A program made the position numbers and the translations under genes. From NCBI GenBank assembly GCA_027061945.1, contig JAMOVR010000296.1:1-24000 (forward strand): a DNA stretch of 24,000 bases, given 5' to 3'. A model generated the notes under the pieces. It was not told the DNA's origin and searched no databases. It saw only the letters and a list, made by a program, of their open reading frames with translations. Of the stretch, positions 1 through 7,625 are shown piece by piece (within the stretch, counting starts at the first letter, position 1; every line of letters begins with the position of its first letter). This DNA comes from Candidatus Heimdallarchaeota archaeon (lineage in GTDB: Archaea; Asgardarchaeota; Heimdallarchaeia; Heimdallarchaeales; JAJRWK01).

Positions 1-2
1 TA

Positions 3-824
3 CTAATATTCACGTTTATTCCATTATGTAGTTATGCTGAAGATTCTTCTTATCCCTCATACTACTATTTGCTTTCATCTGTTCCAGTTACAATCAATAT
101 ATCCCAAAGCCAAGACAATACTTATCAAAAATTTATGCCTTACCCTAAAATAACGCTTCATAAAGGGCAATTATTAGCATTAGAAATCAAGGTATCTCAT
201 ACCACAAAAATTAGGCTTACAACTTCAAAATTAGGTCTTATAACAGAGGAGTTAATTCTGCCTGAAAAAATATTCTTTTGCCCATTGACGCAGTGGGAAA
301 AAAAAGACATCAATTTAGACGTAATCATAGAAGTAATGTCAATAGAAATTTCTACTATCGAATTAGTCCTAAAAACGTTTCAAATAGTATATTCTTCTCA
401 ACCCAAAGGGACCATTACTGCATTATCATTTTATGAAGGAGTAAAAGATCAATTCTCAGTAATAGGAGTAATTCTTCCCCCAATAGAAATCCAAGCAGTT
501 CTTCAATTAACTATTAGTCCGGTCCCCAAAAATATTACTCTGAATAATATTCCTTTACAAAAATCTCCTGATGGGAAAATTAGAGTTCAACTTTCAAAAA
601 ATGCTTTGTACATGGAATTTTTGGTCAATGGAAGTGTGTCTTGGGTATTGGCTGTTGTCCGGTACTTTTACTCTTTAACGCCTTCCACTGAAAAACAAAA
701 CTCCGATGTATTATTGGGAACGCTTAGTGTTTTATTATTCTTGATTCCTTTAGTTTTAAGACACCATTCTATACAAAAAGCTAGTAATAAAAGAGTCAAC
801 AACTTTTCTGAGAAACATAAATAA
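3..824 (+). CDS. Hypothetical surface/secreted protein, probably 5'-truncated by the window edge; single C-terminal TM anchor
   Basis: The frame of track ORF 69..824 stays open back to base 3 with no stop, so the TTG at 69 may be internal. The C-terminus VLLGTLSVLLFLIPLVLRHH followed by KASNKR looks like a TM helix plus basic tail. No family motif recognised. Confidence 0.45.
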   Translation, partial: LIFTFIPLCSYAEDSSYPSYYYLLSSVPVTINISQSQDNTYQKFMPYPKITLHKGQLLALEIKVSHTTKIRLTTSKLGLITEELILPEKIFFCPLTQWEKKDINLDVIIEVMSIEISTIELVLKTFQIVYSSQPKGTITALSFYEGVKDQFSVIGVILPPIEIQAVLQLTISPVPKNITLNNIPLQKSPDGKIRVQLSKNALYMEFLVNGSVSWVLAVVRYFYSLTPSTEKQNSDVLLGTLSVLLFLIPLVLRHHSIQKASNKRVNNFSEKHK

Positions 825-851
825 ATAAAATAATAAAAAAAAGGTAAGAAT

Positions 852-864
852 CTTTTTTATTTTT
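852..864 (+). terminator. Oligo-T tract (T6-A-T6) downstream of the 3..824 CDS
   Basis: The sequence ttttttatttttt begins 28 nt after the stop codon. Archaeal termination typically occurs at oligo-T runs. It overlaps the outer end of the left inverted-repeat arm. Confidence 0.35.
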
Positions 865-899
865 TACTTGTTGGCTTTGATCCCATTTTTCTTCTGGGA
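861..899. repeat. Left arm of a 39-nt inverted repeat
   Basis: ttttacttgttggctttgatcccatttttcttctgggac is the reverse complement of 1284..1322, apart from one position (38/39). Confidence 0.9.
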
Positions 900-1082
900 C
901 AGAGGGAATAGTAGTTGGAAGCCAATACTGGCACAATATGCTAAGAGTTTTTTGTAGTAGTATTGATACAGGGCTAGAAAAGCTCGTCTTATAGTAATTG
1001 TGAATTTGTCCTATAAAATCCACTCTAAACCATACAAAAAATTGGTTTTTGGGATAATTGGGATAAGTCCTCTATAAGAAGC

Positions 1083-1121
1083 AGAAAACCACTTGCGAAA
1101 GCAATGTGTAGTTTACTTGAA
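1083..1121. repeat. Copy A of a short dispersed motif AGAAAACCAYTTGCGAAAG...
   Basis: agaaaaccacttgcgaaagcaatg... matches 6442..6480: 18/19 over the first 19 nt, 21/24 over the first 24 nt, 27/39 ungapped overall. It contains a cac-ttgc-GAAA-gcaa-t-gtg hairpin with a GNRA-type loop. Confidence 0.5.
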
Positions 1122-1179
1122 CATAGCGTATCAAACCAATTGATTAGTGATATCTTGATTATTAAACGAATCTACTCTC

Positions 1180-1187
1180 TTTATAAA
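1180..1187 (+). promoter_or_regulatory. TATA-like box upstream of GC-rich element R1
   Basis: tttataaa lies 26 nt upstream of the conserved GTGAACT block at 1206, which fits archaeal TATA-to-TSS spacing. AT-rich background makes chance TATA-like strings common. Confidence 0.35.
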
Positions 1188-1203
1188 TAAGAACAATGGC
1201 TTT

Positions 1204-1290
1204 CTGTGAACTCTCCTAGCTTACGCGGGGGGCTTTCCGGCCGTGCTTTCACAGTGTTAAGGCAATCCCACGCGGGTCTATCAGTCCCAG
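1204..1290 (+). ncRNA. Candidate structured small RNA or leader element R1 (paralog of 19203..19282); class unknown
   Basis: This is a GC-rich island in AT-rich intergenic DNA. An outer stem ctgtgaa (1204-1210) / ttcacag (1248-1254) encloses a hairpin ctcctagc-ttac-gcgggggg (1213-1232). Blocks GTGAACT, GGGGCTTTC, TTCACAG and GTCCCAG are shared in the same order with R2. Confidence 0.35.
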
Positions 1291-1322
1291 AAGAAAAAGG
1301 GGATCAAAGCCAACAAGTAAAA
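1284..1322. repeat. Right arm of a 39-nt inverted repeat
   Basis: gtcccagaagaaaaaggggatcaaagccaacaagtaaaa is the reverse complement of 861..899, with one mismatch. Its inner end (GTCCCAG) is also the 3' conserved block of R1. Confidence 0.9.
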
Positions 1323-1366
1323 TTTCAGGAGATATTAAGAAAAATTAAGTTTATACTTGTAAATAG

Positions 1367-2170
1367 GTGTTAAGAATGGTGGCTCCTATATTTGATTTCC
1401 TCTTAGAATTAATTGTTTCCAGCTCAAGACTTATTATCCTCTTAATATTAGTTACCGCTGTAATATCAATTATTATACATGTTCTATTATTAATAATTGA
1501 ACGCATAATAAAAATTTCTGTCCGCCCTATTGTTGACACCATTACGTTTCCAGGAGTATTAATGAAAAATGCATGGATCAAACTAATCGCACTTTTTTTT
1601 GGATACAATATTAACATGCCTATCCATTCAAGAAGTAATCAAAAAAGAATTGAAATGATATTATATCCTGTTGTTAGATCTCCTCTACATCTCTTTACTA
1701 TTATTTTCTCACCATATCTAAATTTAGTATTTGCAGCTATATTAATTGCTACAAGGCATTTCATTATTAATTTATTACCACAAACAATTATTGCCGCATA
1801 TAATATAGCTATAATTTATTTGTCTTTATCCATTGTAGTTTCCGGTACACCCACCGCACAAGATGTGTACTTATTCATAAGCACAATTGTACAAAATTCT
1901 CCTTGGTTCTTTATCTTAACCGTTTGGGGAATAATTGCAACGACCTTTATGAAACAAATCTTAGGGTTATTTCCTGCTATAACATTCATGACGTTCTATG
2001 AAATTTTATTAATACTTTTAGAGCTGAAAAATGATAATATCATAATTCATAGACCTAAAAAACAAAATTTCACCGCTAATAACTTCTATAATTATCTTCA
2101 AAATATTAAAGATAATAATTCAAAAATTATGATGATTATTATAGATCCAGAAAAAGAACGTGAAAATTAA
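1367..2170 (+). CDS. Hypothetical polytopic membrane protein
   Basis: Long ORF with several hydrophobic helices (LIILLILVTAVISIIIHVLLLII, LVFAAILIATRHFIINLL, IIAAYNIAIIYLSLSIVV, WFFILTVWGIIATTF and others). The GTG at 1367 or the ATG at 1376 could be the start. An oligo-T run follows the stop near 2208-2219. No family recognised. Confidence 0.5.
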   Translation: MLRMVAPIFDFLLELIVSSSRLIILLILVTAVISIIIHVLLLIIERIIKISVRPIVDTITFPGVLMKNAWIKLIALFFGYNINMPIHSRSNQKRIEMILYPVVRSPLHLFTIIFSPYLNLVFAAILIATRHFIINLLPQTIIAAYNIAIIYLSLSIVVSGTPTAQDVYLFISTIVQNSPWFFILTVWGIIATTFMKQILGLFPAITFMTFYEILLILLELKNDNIIIHRPKKQNFTANNFYNYLQNIKDNNSKIMMIIIDPEKEREN

Positions 2171-2254
2171 TTTAAAAAAGCGCTTCTCTCGATTTATAAC
2201 TAAAATTCTTCTTTTTTTTATGAAAAAACAATTAAGTCGTAAAGTGAGTGAATT

Positions 2255-2680
2255 GTGATGAGACCGAAAGCCCGGTTGTTGGTTAGTATTACCTTGACCA
2301 TACTGACTTATTTGATAGTTCCCCCTCCCGACATACTAAAAATGTTTACTTCAATAATGATTGGGCTTTCTTCATATTTCTTACTAAATACCTCCTCAGA
2401 ATTAAAAGAAAATAATTTTTCTAAAAAGATTGTTTATGAAAAAATAAATTCTTCTTATAAAAGAAATTATAGTATAGTTTCAGATAATGAGAAATTAAGA
2501 ATAGAGGGCATTCCAATTACATTTTTTGATAACGGAGAAGATTGCTTATTAGTAGTTAACGATGATAAAAAAATAGTATTTTCATTTTTCTTTACAGAGA
2601 ATAACAAAAGCCCATCTAAAAACGTCATTGTTATTCCTGAGGAAGAAGAAAAAACGGAATTAGAGTCTCTGTTAGATTAA
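2255..2680 (+). CDS. Hypothetical membrane-anchored protein
   Basis: Two N-terminal hydrophobic segments (LLVSITLTILTYLIV, MFTSIMIGLSSYFLL) are followed by a soluble region with an acidic tail (PEEEEKTELESLLD). The start is GTG 2255 or ATG 2258. Confidence 0.45.
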   Translation: MMRPKARLLVSITLTILTYLIVPPPDILKMFTSIMIGLSSYFLLNTSSELKENNFSKKIVYEKINSSYKRNYSIVSDNEKLRIEGIPITFFDNGEDCLLVVNDDKKIVFSFFFTENNKSPSKNVIVIPEEEEKTELESLLD

Positions 2681-2817
2681 TGTTAGAAAAACACCAGAAC
2701 TAAAGGGCGCAAATAATTAAAATAATTAATATATTTTCGAATAATTGCATATATTTGTGGGACTTATAATACTTTTTTCATGAAATAACAAATACTTTTT
2801 CAATCAAATGCACTAAT

Positions 2818-4140
2818 TTGTTTTTGATGTTTATGGCTGGTTCCCAAGAATGCATGAAATATAAAAGAATCATTGGTTTTGCATGGGCGGGATGGATCTT
2901 TGATTTTTATGACCTAATACTCTATTCTTTTTTATTGATACATATAAAGACTGATTTTAATTTGACAAAAATTGAACTTGGTTTAGTATATTCTGCGTCC
3001 TTAGCAATAACTGCTGTTGGTGGAATTGTTTTAGGATGGGTCGGTGATAAAATTGGTAGAAAACCTGCAATAATATTATCAGTGTTAGTATTCACAATTG
3101 GGACTGTTTTCTCTGCAATTTCATGGGATCTTTATAGTTTGTTAATATTTAGAATTATTACTGGCTTCGGGATAGGTGGTGAATGGGCTGCGGGACATAC
3201 TTTGGTTAATGAAACTCTATCAAAAGGCCAAAGGGGGAAAGCCAGTGCAATCATTCAGTCAGGTGCTCCTATTGGGGTAGCATTGGCTTCTATAACTGGG
3301 GGATTTATTACCCCTACAATTGGTTGGAGAGCGAGTTTTCTATTAGCCGCAGTTCCATCACTATTGTTAGTTATTTTGATGGTGTTATATCTCCCTGAAT
3401 CACCAAAATTCTTAATATTTAAAGCGGAAGCGAGAGATAAGCATTTTATTGAGGGTAGAAAAATTCCTTCTGGAACTAGTTATGTTAGAGAAGCTACAAA
3501 GCACTCTTTACATTATCTGTGGGAAGTAAGGAAACCTCTCTTTTATGGAACTATATTATCTTTATGGGGCATGTTAGCTTACTGGGTAATTTTTTCGTGG
3601 ACACCAGAGTATCTCGGGCAGATTGGCTTTACTGATGCAGAAATTGGTTATTGGATGTTATTATCACAGATTGGGGCGTTCATAGGATATCTTTCTTTTG
3701 GTTTTGTAGCTGATAAAACAGATAATTTCAAAATTACTTTTGCAGGATATGCGTTAACATTTTCTTTTGGAGTGCTAATTTTTATTCAAGCATTACTTAA
3801 CAATAATCTCGAGATTTCCTTGATGGGCATATTCATAACGGGACTAGGAACTGGGTTTTTCTCAGGTTATGGTCCCCTTTATTCTAAAATATTTCCAACA
3901 AGGATTAGAAATACTTCTGCAAGCTTTTGTTTTAATACTGGTAGATTAGGTGCGTTCATAGCACCAATATTAGTCACATTCGCTTCAGAGATAATTGGGT
4001 TTGGTTATGCGATCGCCTTGGGTTCAATTTTTGGATTACTAGTTGCATTATGGGTATTAATTATCCCCATTAAAAAAGAACATTTGGACACTGAATTTCA
4101 AGAAGAAACATTATTCTTAACTCAATCAATTATCTCATAA
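2818..4140 (+). CDS. Major facilitator superfamily (MFS) transporter
   Basis: MFS motif A between TM2 and TM3 (GWVGDKIGRKPAII). About 12 hydrophobic helices in two halves around a central charged loop (KAEARDKHFIEGRK). The GFGIGGEWAAG...GQRGKASAIIQSGAPIG region is typical of metabolite:H+ symporter-type MFS. Possible starts are TTG 2818 and ATG 2827 or 2833. Confidence 0.85.
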   Translation: MFLMFMAGSQECMKYKRIIGFAWAGWIFDFYDLILYSFLLIHIKTDFNLTKIELGLVYSASLAITAVGGIVLGWVGDKIGRKPAIILSVLVFTIGTVFSAISWDLYSLLIFRIITGFGIGGEWAAGHTLVNETLSKGQRGKASAIIQSGAPIGVALASITGGFITPTIGWRASFLLAAVPSLLLVILMVLYLPESPKFLIFKAEARDKHFIEGRKIPSGTSYVREATKHSLHYLWEVRKPLFYGTILSLWGMLAYWVIFSWTPEYLGQIGFTDAEIGYWMLLSQIGAFIGYLSFGFVADKTDNFKITFAGYALTFSFGVLIFIQALLNNNLEISLMGIFITGLGTGFFSGYGPLYSKIFPTRIRNTSASFCFNTGRLGAFIAPILVTFASEIIGFGYAIALGSIFGLLVALWVLIIPIKKEHLDTEFQEETLFLTQSIIS

Positions 4141-4434
4141 ATTTCTCTTCTGTTATTAGTAGCTATTTCCCGCATATTCTACTTAAATTATCACTGGCTT
4201 ACGCACTGGTTTTTATTATTCATTTAGAAAAGTTGCTCGGTATTCTCCTATTTTCCTTGTAGAGTATGATGGGTTAGAAGTAAGTATCGGTTATCTTTTC
4301 CCCTTCACTATTTACCTCCCCATGAATCTAGCATATTTAGGGATTCTATAACTTTATCGTCTTCTAATTTGTATTTATATTAAGTCTTGGGATAGATAAT
4401 TGTTTTTGATACCTCTTACCTCTTAGAAAGGATT

Positions 4435-5322
4435 TTATGCAGAGTGAGTTAAAAAGTAATGACTAGTAATTATTGTATGAATTGCTCTTGCTGCTAAAAA
4501 AGAGGTGATCTCTGAAACATCATATTTAGGTATATATTCAGAAATCTCCATGCCAATAGTTTTACCTGCTAACTCATTTAAAAAGAAAAATACTTGTTGA
4601 GGAATTAATCCCATTGGTTCAGGATTTCCAACACCAGGTGCAACAGAAGGATCAAAGACATCTAAGTCGATACTTACAAAAATCGCATTGGACTCTTCGG
4701 CGATCTTTATACCTAAGTCTCTTATTTCTGAAATACTTTGTTTTAAAATGTCTTTGGCCCAGAAAATGGTGGTATTTAATGCTTCTATGGATTTTTTTTC
4801 TTCTATGGAAATTGCTCTTAGGCCAAATATTATTATTTTTTCAAATTCATTATTCATAATAGCCCTTTTAACCGCACATGCATGAGAATAAGCATTTCCT
4901 TCATATTCATTACGGAGGTCTGCATGTGCGTCCAGTACCACTAAAGTGCTTTTTGGAGGTAATGCTTTGCTATTAGCTGCAAGTATACTATGTTCTCCTC
5001 CAATTATAATTGGGTACATGTTTTTTCTTAATATATTATTGGTTGTTTTGGAAATAGTATTTATTTTACTTTTTATGTTTTCCTTTTCCCAATTTAAGTC
5101 TCCTGCATCATAAATAAGTAATTCTGCAATATCTTGGTGGTTAAATATGTTCAGAGTTTCGATGTTTGCATTGGCTTTTCTAATTGCCCGAGGAGCATCT
5201 TTATACCCATTTCTATAAGAACCGGTTTCATCTAATGGAGCACCAAATACAAAGTATTCAGCTTTTTCTATTTTTGCTTGAAACCCACCGAATGGATATT
5301 TAGTTGGGATAAAAGAAGTCAT
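4435..5322 (-). CDS. speB: Agmatinase / ureohydrolase (arginase family)
   Basis: The Mn-binding signature blocks of the arginase/agmatinase family occur in order: IIIGGEHSIL, VVLDAHADLR, FVSIDLDVFDPSVAPGVGNPEPMGL. Length is typical at 295 aa. Confidence 0.85.
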   Translation of the reverse strand: MTSFIPTKYPFGGFQAKIEKAEYFVFGAPLDETGSYRNGYKDAPRAIRKANANIETLNIFNHQDIAELLIYDAGDLNWEKENIKSKINTISKTTNNILRKNMYPIIIGGEHSILAANSKALPPKSTLVVLDAHADLRNEYEGNAYSHACAVKRAIMNNEFEKIIIFGLRAISIEEKKSIEALNTTIFWAKDILKQSISEIRDLGIKIAEESNAIFVSIDLDVFDPSVAPGVGNPEPMGLIPQQVFFFLNELAGKTIGMEISEYIPKYDVSEITSFLAARAIHTIITSHYFLTHSA

Positions 5323-5343
5323 TGTTTTTCTTTTAGATTTTGA

Positions 5344-6114
5344 TCATTTAAACATACGGTTATTTTCTTCACGGCATAAATCCTTGCCTTTTCCTTCTCC
5401 ATAATAAGATCCTACCCCTCTGATTATTACTACAGGAATCGCTTCGTCGCTTTCACCCATTATTATCTCTGCAGCGCTAGCCAGTTCGTCCCCAATAGCT
5501 ATTTGAGTAACTCTTAAAACATAATCAAACAGATCTTTTTTTCCGATCTCCGTTTTAATTGAAAAAACATTATATGTACCAATAGCGACGTTTATTGCTC
5601 CTTTTCTCAAAGTCCTTCCTAGCGTATCACTAATGATGATTCGTGGTTCAAAACCAAGTATTTTGCCGATTTTTTTTCCTACTTGTTCGGCTAATTCATC
5701 AGGGTCTCTAGGAAGTAAAATTACAGTTCCTGGCTCAGCATTAGAACGATCAACACCAGCATTTGCAGCAACATGGGAGTAATAATTTTCAGTAATCATT
5801 ATTCCTCTTTGTAACTTGATCAATTTTGCCTGGTCAAGTACTACCTGTACATGTCGAGGGTCTTTATCATAAGATTTTGCAATCGCAAGAGCTAAGGGAG
5901 TCGGCTCGATTTTTTTAAGGTCTGCAACATATCCTTTTGCACGAGACAGAATAGTGTGTGCAATAACTATTATGTCCTGAGAATTGATATCGGGTAATTC
6001 TTCTAAAATTTTTTTAGCAATTATTTCTTCAACAGCATCTCCAAGCTTAATTATCGGTATTCCCGTTATCCCTATTATCTCAATTTTGTTGTTAGTCAAG
6101 CGATGACACTCCAA
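5344..6114 (-). CDS. cofE: Coenzyme F420-0:L-glutamate ligase (CofE family)
   Basis: CofE-like blocks: IIGITGIPIIKLGD, DIIVIAHTILSRAKG, KDPRHVQVVL, ANAGVDRSN, LLPRDPD, IISDTLGRTLRKGAINVAIG, DELASAAEIIMGESDEAIPVVIIRG. The track start is TTG 6114, and a nearby in-frame TTG is also possible. Confidence 0.8.
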   Translation of the reverse strand: MECHRLTNNKIEIIGITGIPIIKLGDAVEEIIAKKILEELPDINSQDIIVIAHTILSRAKGYVADLKKIEPTPLALAIAKSYDKDPRHVQVVLDQAKLIKLQRGIMITENYYSHVAANAGVDRSNAEPGTVILLPRDPDELAEQVGKKIGKILGFEPRIIISDTLGRTLRKGAINVAIGTYNVFSIKTEIGKKDLFDYVLRVTQIAIGDELASAAEIIMGESDEAIPVVIIRGVGSYYGEGKGKDLCREENNRMFK

Positions 6115-6441
6115 ATTATTTATTTTTAATTGGATTCTTTTTTCTATTCTATTTATATAGGTAGATTTTTACAAAATGCATTTCTTATAATTTTATATTG
6201 TGTATATCTATGCGACTATATTAACTCTATCGACAGAAAATCTTCTTTCAATGTAAAAAGAAGTGACAAAAACTTACCGTCTCACATTGTTGTATTTATT
6301 AGACATACATATTTAATGTATGACTGAACCAACTCATTTTGTAGGACTTGTAAAAGATAATAAAATCCATAAACTATTTCAGATAATTTCTTCCTCACAA
6401 GATAAAGAAGCGATTCTGAGGACAAGTGCTATTGATAAAAA

Positions 6442-6480
6442 AGAAAACCATTTGCGAAAGTCATGGTAGGTTATTTAGAA
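6442..6480. repeat. Copy B of the short dispersed motif AGAAAACCAYTTGCGAAAG...
   Basis: agaaaaccatttgcgaaagtcatgg... matches 1083..1121 (see copy A). It sits directly upstream of the probable true start (6514) of the HTH/Zn-ribbon regulator gene. Confidence 0.5.
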
Positions 6481-6792
6481 ATATATGTTAAGGTTCATGT
6501 CACTTATTTTTTCATGATAAGAAAAGATTTGATAAACCTATTATTAGACCGGCCGACGAGGTTGTCCGATTTAGCGCAGATATTAGACGTTTCGCCCAAG
6601 GACTTGGCTAACGACCTCGATCATTTGTTTAAGTCTTTAAAACGATCGGACTATAAGATCGTTGTTAAACCTGCTACTTGTTTAAAATGTGGTTTTATCT
6701 TCTCAAAAAATAAACTTACTAAGCCTAGTAAATGTCCTAAATGCAAATCCACTTGGATTGATGATCCATTAGTTAAAATAGTCAGAAAATGA
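6463..6792 (+). CDS. Transcriptional regulator, winged-HTH fused to a C-terminal Zn-ribbon (COG3357-like)
   Basis: MIRKDLINLLLDRPTRLSDLAQILDVSPKDLANDLDHL is HTH-like. CLKCG...x18...CPKCK is a four-Cys zinc ribbon. The first 17 residues of the track ORF look non-native, so the start is more likely ATG 6514. Confidence 0.7.
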   Translation: MVGYLEIYVKVHVTYFFMIRKDLINLLLDRPTRLSDLAQILDVSPKDLANDLDHLFKSLKRSDYKIVVKPATCLKCGFIFSKNKLTKPSKCPKCKSTWIDDPLVKIVRK

Positions 6793-6841
6793 GATTGTTA
6801 ACCCCGTTGCAGTTATAAGGATGGACTAGTAATTTCAGTAC

Positions 6842-7543
6842 ATGTTACTTGCAGGAATATTATCTATAATAATTGGTTATTTTTTGGGATCTATCCCAAC
6901 AGCTTATTTAGTAAGTAAGTATGGCTATGGAATAGACATTAGAAAAGTAGGATCTGGTAATGTAGGAGGTGCAAATGCCCTTAGAACAATGGGTACCAAA
7001 GCTGGCCTTATAGTAGTTATTGTAGATGTCGGAAAGGGGACCGTAGCTGTTTTAATTGCTAAATATTTACTAAAATTACCCACCTTGAATAATTTTAATT
7101 ATTTTGATTTGTCTTATTGGGGGTGGTTAGGACTAGTAGGCATTGCTGCGGTCTTGGGGCATTGTTATCCCGTATGGTTGAAATTCCAAGGTGGAAAAGG
7201 TTGGGCAACAACTATTGGTTTTACCTTAGGTTTAGGATGGCTTCCTTTCTTGTTAGTATTTATCCCCTGGGTTTTTATCGTGCTTATTTCGGGTTTTACT
7301 TCCTTGGCAAACATTTTAATTGTGATACTACTTCCTTTTGCCTTAAGAGTAGCAATTCCTGATAACACATTATTTGCAGTAAGCTTATTATTTATGCCAA
7401 TTATCTGGTGGAGGCATAGAGAAAATATTTCTCGTTTATTAGAGGGTAATGAAAGGAGAATATGGAAAAAAGAGCTGGCAATTAAAAAAAATGGTGAACA
7501 AGAAAAACAAGGAGAAAATAAAACTACGGAGGAGAAGAAGTAA
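6842..7543 (+). CDS. plsY: Glycerol-3-phosphate acyltransferase PlsY (acyl-phosphate dependent)
   Basis: All three PlsY signature blocks are present: GSGNVGGANALR, DVGKGTVAVLIA and GHCYPVWLKFQGGKGWATT. The protein is multi-TM and carries an extra charged C-terminal tail (KKNGEQEKQGENKTTEEKK). Confidence 0.85.
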   Translation: MLLAGILSIIIGYFLGSIPTAYLVSKYGYGIDIRKVGSGNVGGANALRTMGTKAGLIVVIVDVGKGTVAVLIAKYLLKLPTLNNFNYFDLSYWGWLGLVGIAAVLGHCYPVWLKFQGGKGWATTIGFTLGLGWLPFLLVFIPWVFIVLISGFTSLANILIVILLPFALRVAIPDNTLFAVSLLFMPIIWWRHRENISRLLEGNERRIWKKELAIKKNGEQEKQGENKTTEEKK

Positions 7544-7570
7544 TTAGCTTAAAAATTTAAAAATAAGCCG

Positions 7571-7576
7571 TTTTTT
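7571..7576 (+). terminator. Oligo-T tract after plsY, within a convergent intergenic region
   Basis: gccgttttttcaat lies 28 nt after the plsY stop. A-runs at about 7550-7568 could serve the convergent minus-strand operon. Confidence 0.3.
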
Positions 7577-7625
7577 CAATATAAATTTATAGTTAAAGAA
7601 TTACTACTACGTGATTTTTACGTTT

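Noticed and set aside
796-1023. 75-aa minus-strand ORF crossing the left inverted-repeat arm
   Set aside because: It overlaps the 3' end of the 3..824 CDS and the repeat arm. It has no start context and an implausible sequence, and is most likely spurious.
1204-1290. Reading the GC-rich islands (here and at 19203..19282) as tRNA, 5S rRNA, SRP RNA, RNase P RNA, C/D-box or H/ACA sRNAs
   Set aside because: On either strand I could not build a cloverleaf: there is no 7-bp acceptor stem and no T-arm with a TTCRANY loop. There is no RUGAUGA/CUGA box pair and no symmetric pseudouridylation pocket with an ACA tail. GGGAUAAGUCC at 1060 resembles RNase P CR-I, but the complementary P4 strand (GGACUU) is absent. 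Two similar copies 18 kb apart also argue against a single-copy housekeeping RNA.
861-1322. Replication origin (ORB-like inverted repeats flanking an AT-rich unwinding element)
   Set aside because: No orc1/cdc6 gene is in the window, the arms lack any ORB consensus I recognise, and the enclosed DNA is no more AT-rich than the surrounding spacers. It is kept only as a remote alternative.
6130-6327. 65-aa ORF in the cofE/regulator divergent intergenic region
   Set aside because: It uses a TTG start, has no ribosome-binding or promoter context I can see, and gives a low-complexity hydrophobic translation. The region is better explained as a divergent promoter spacer.
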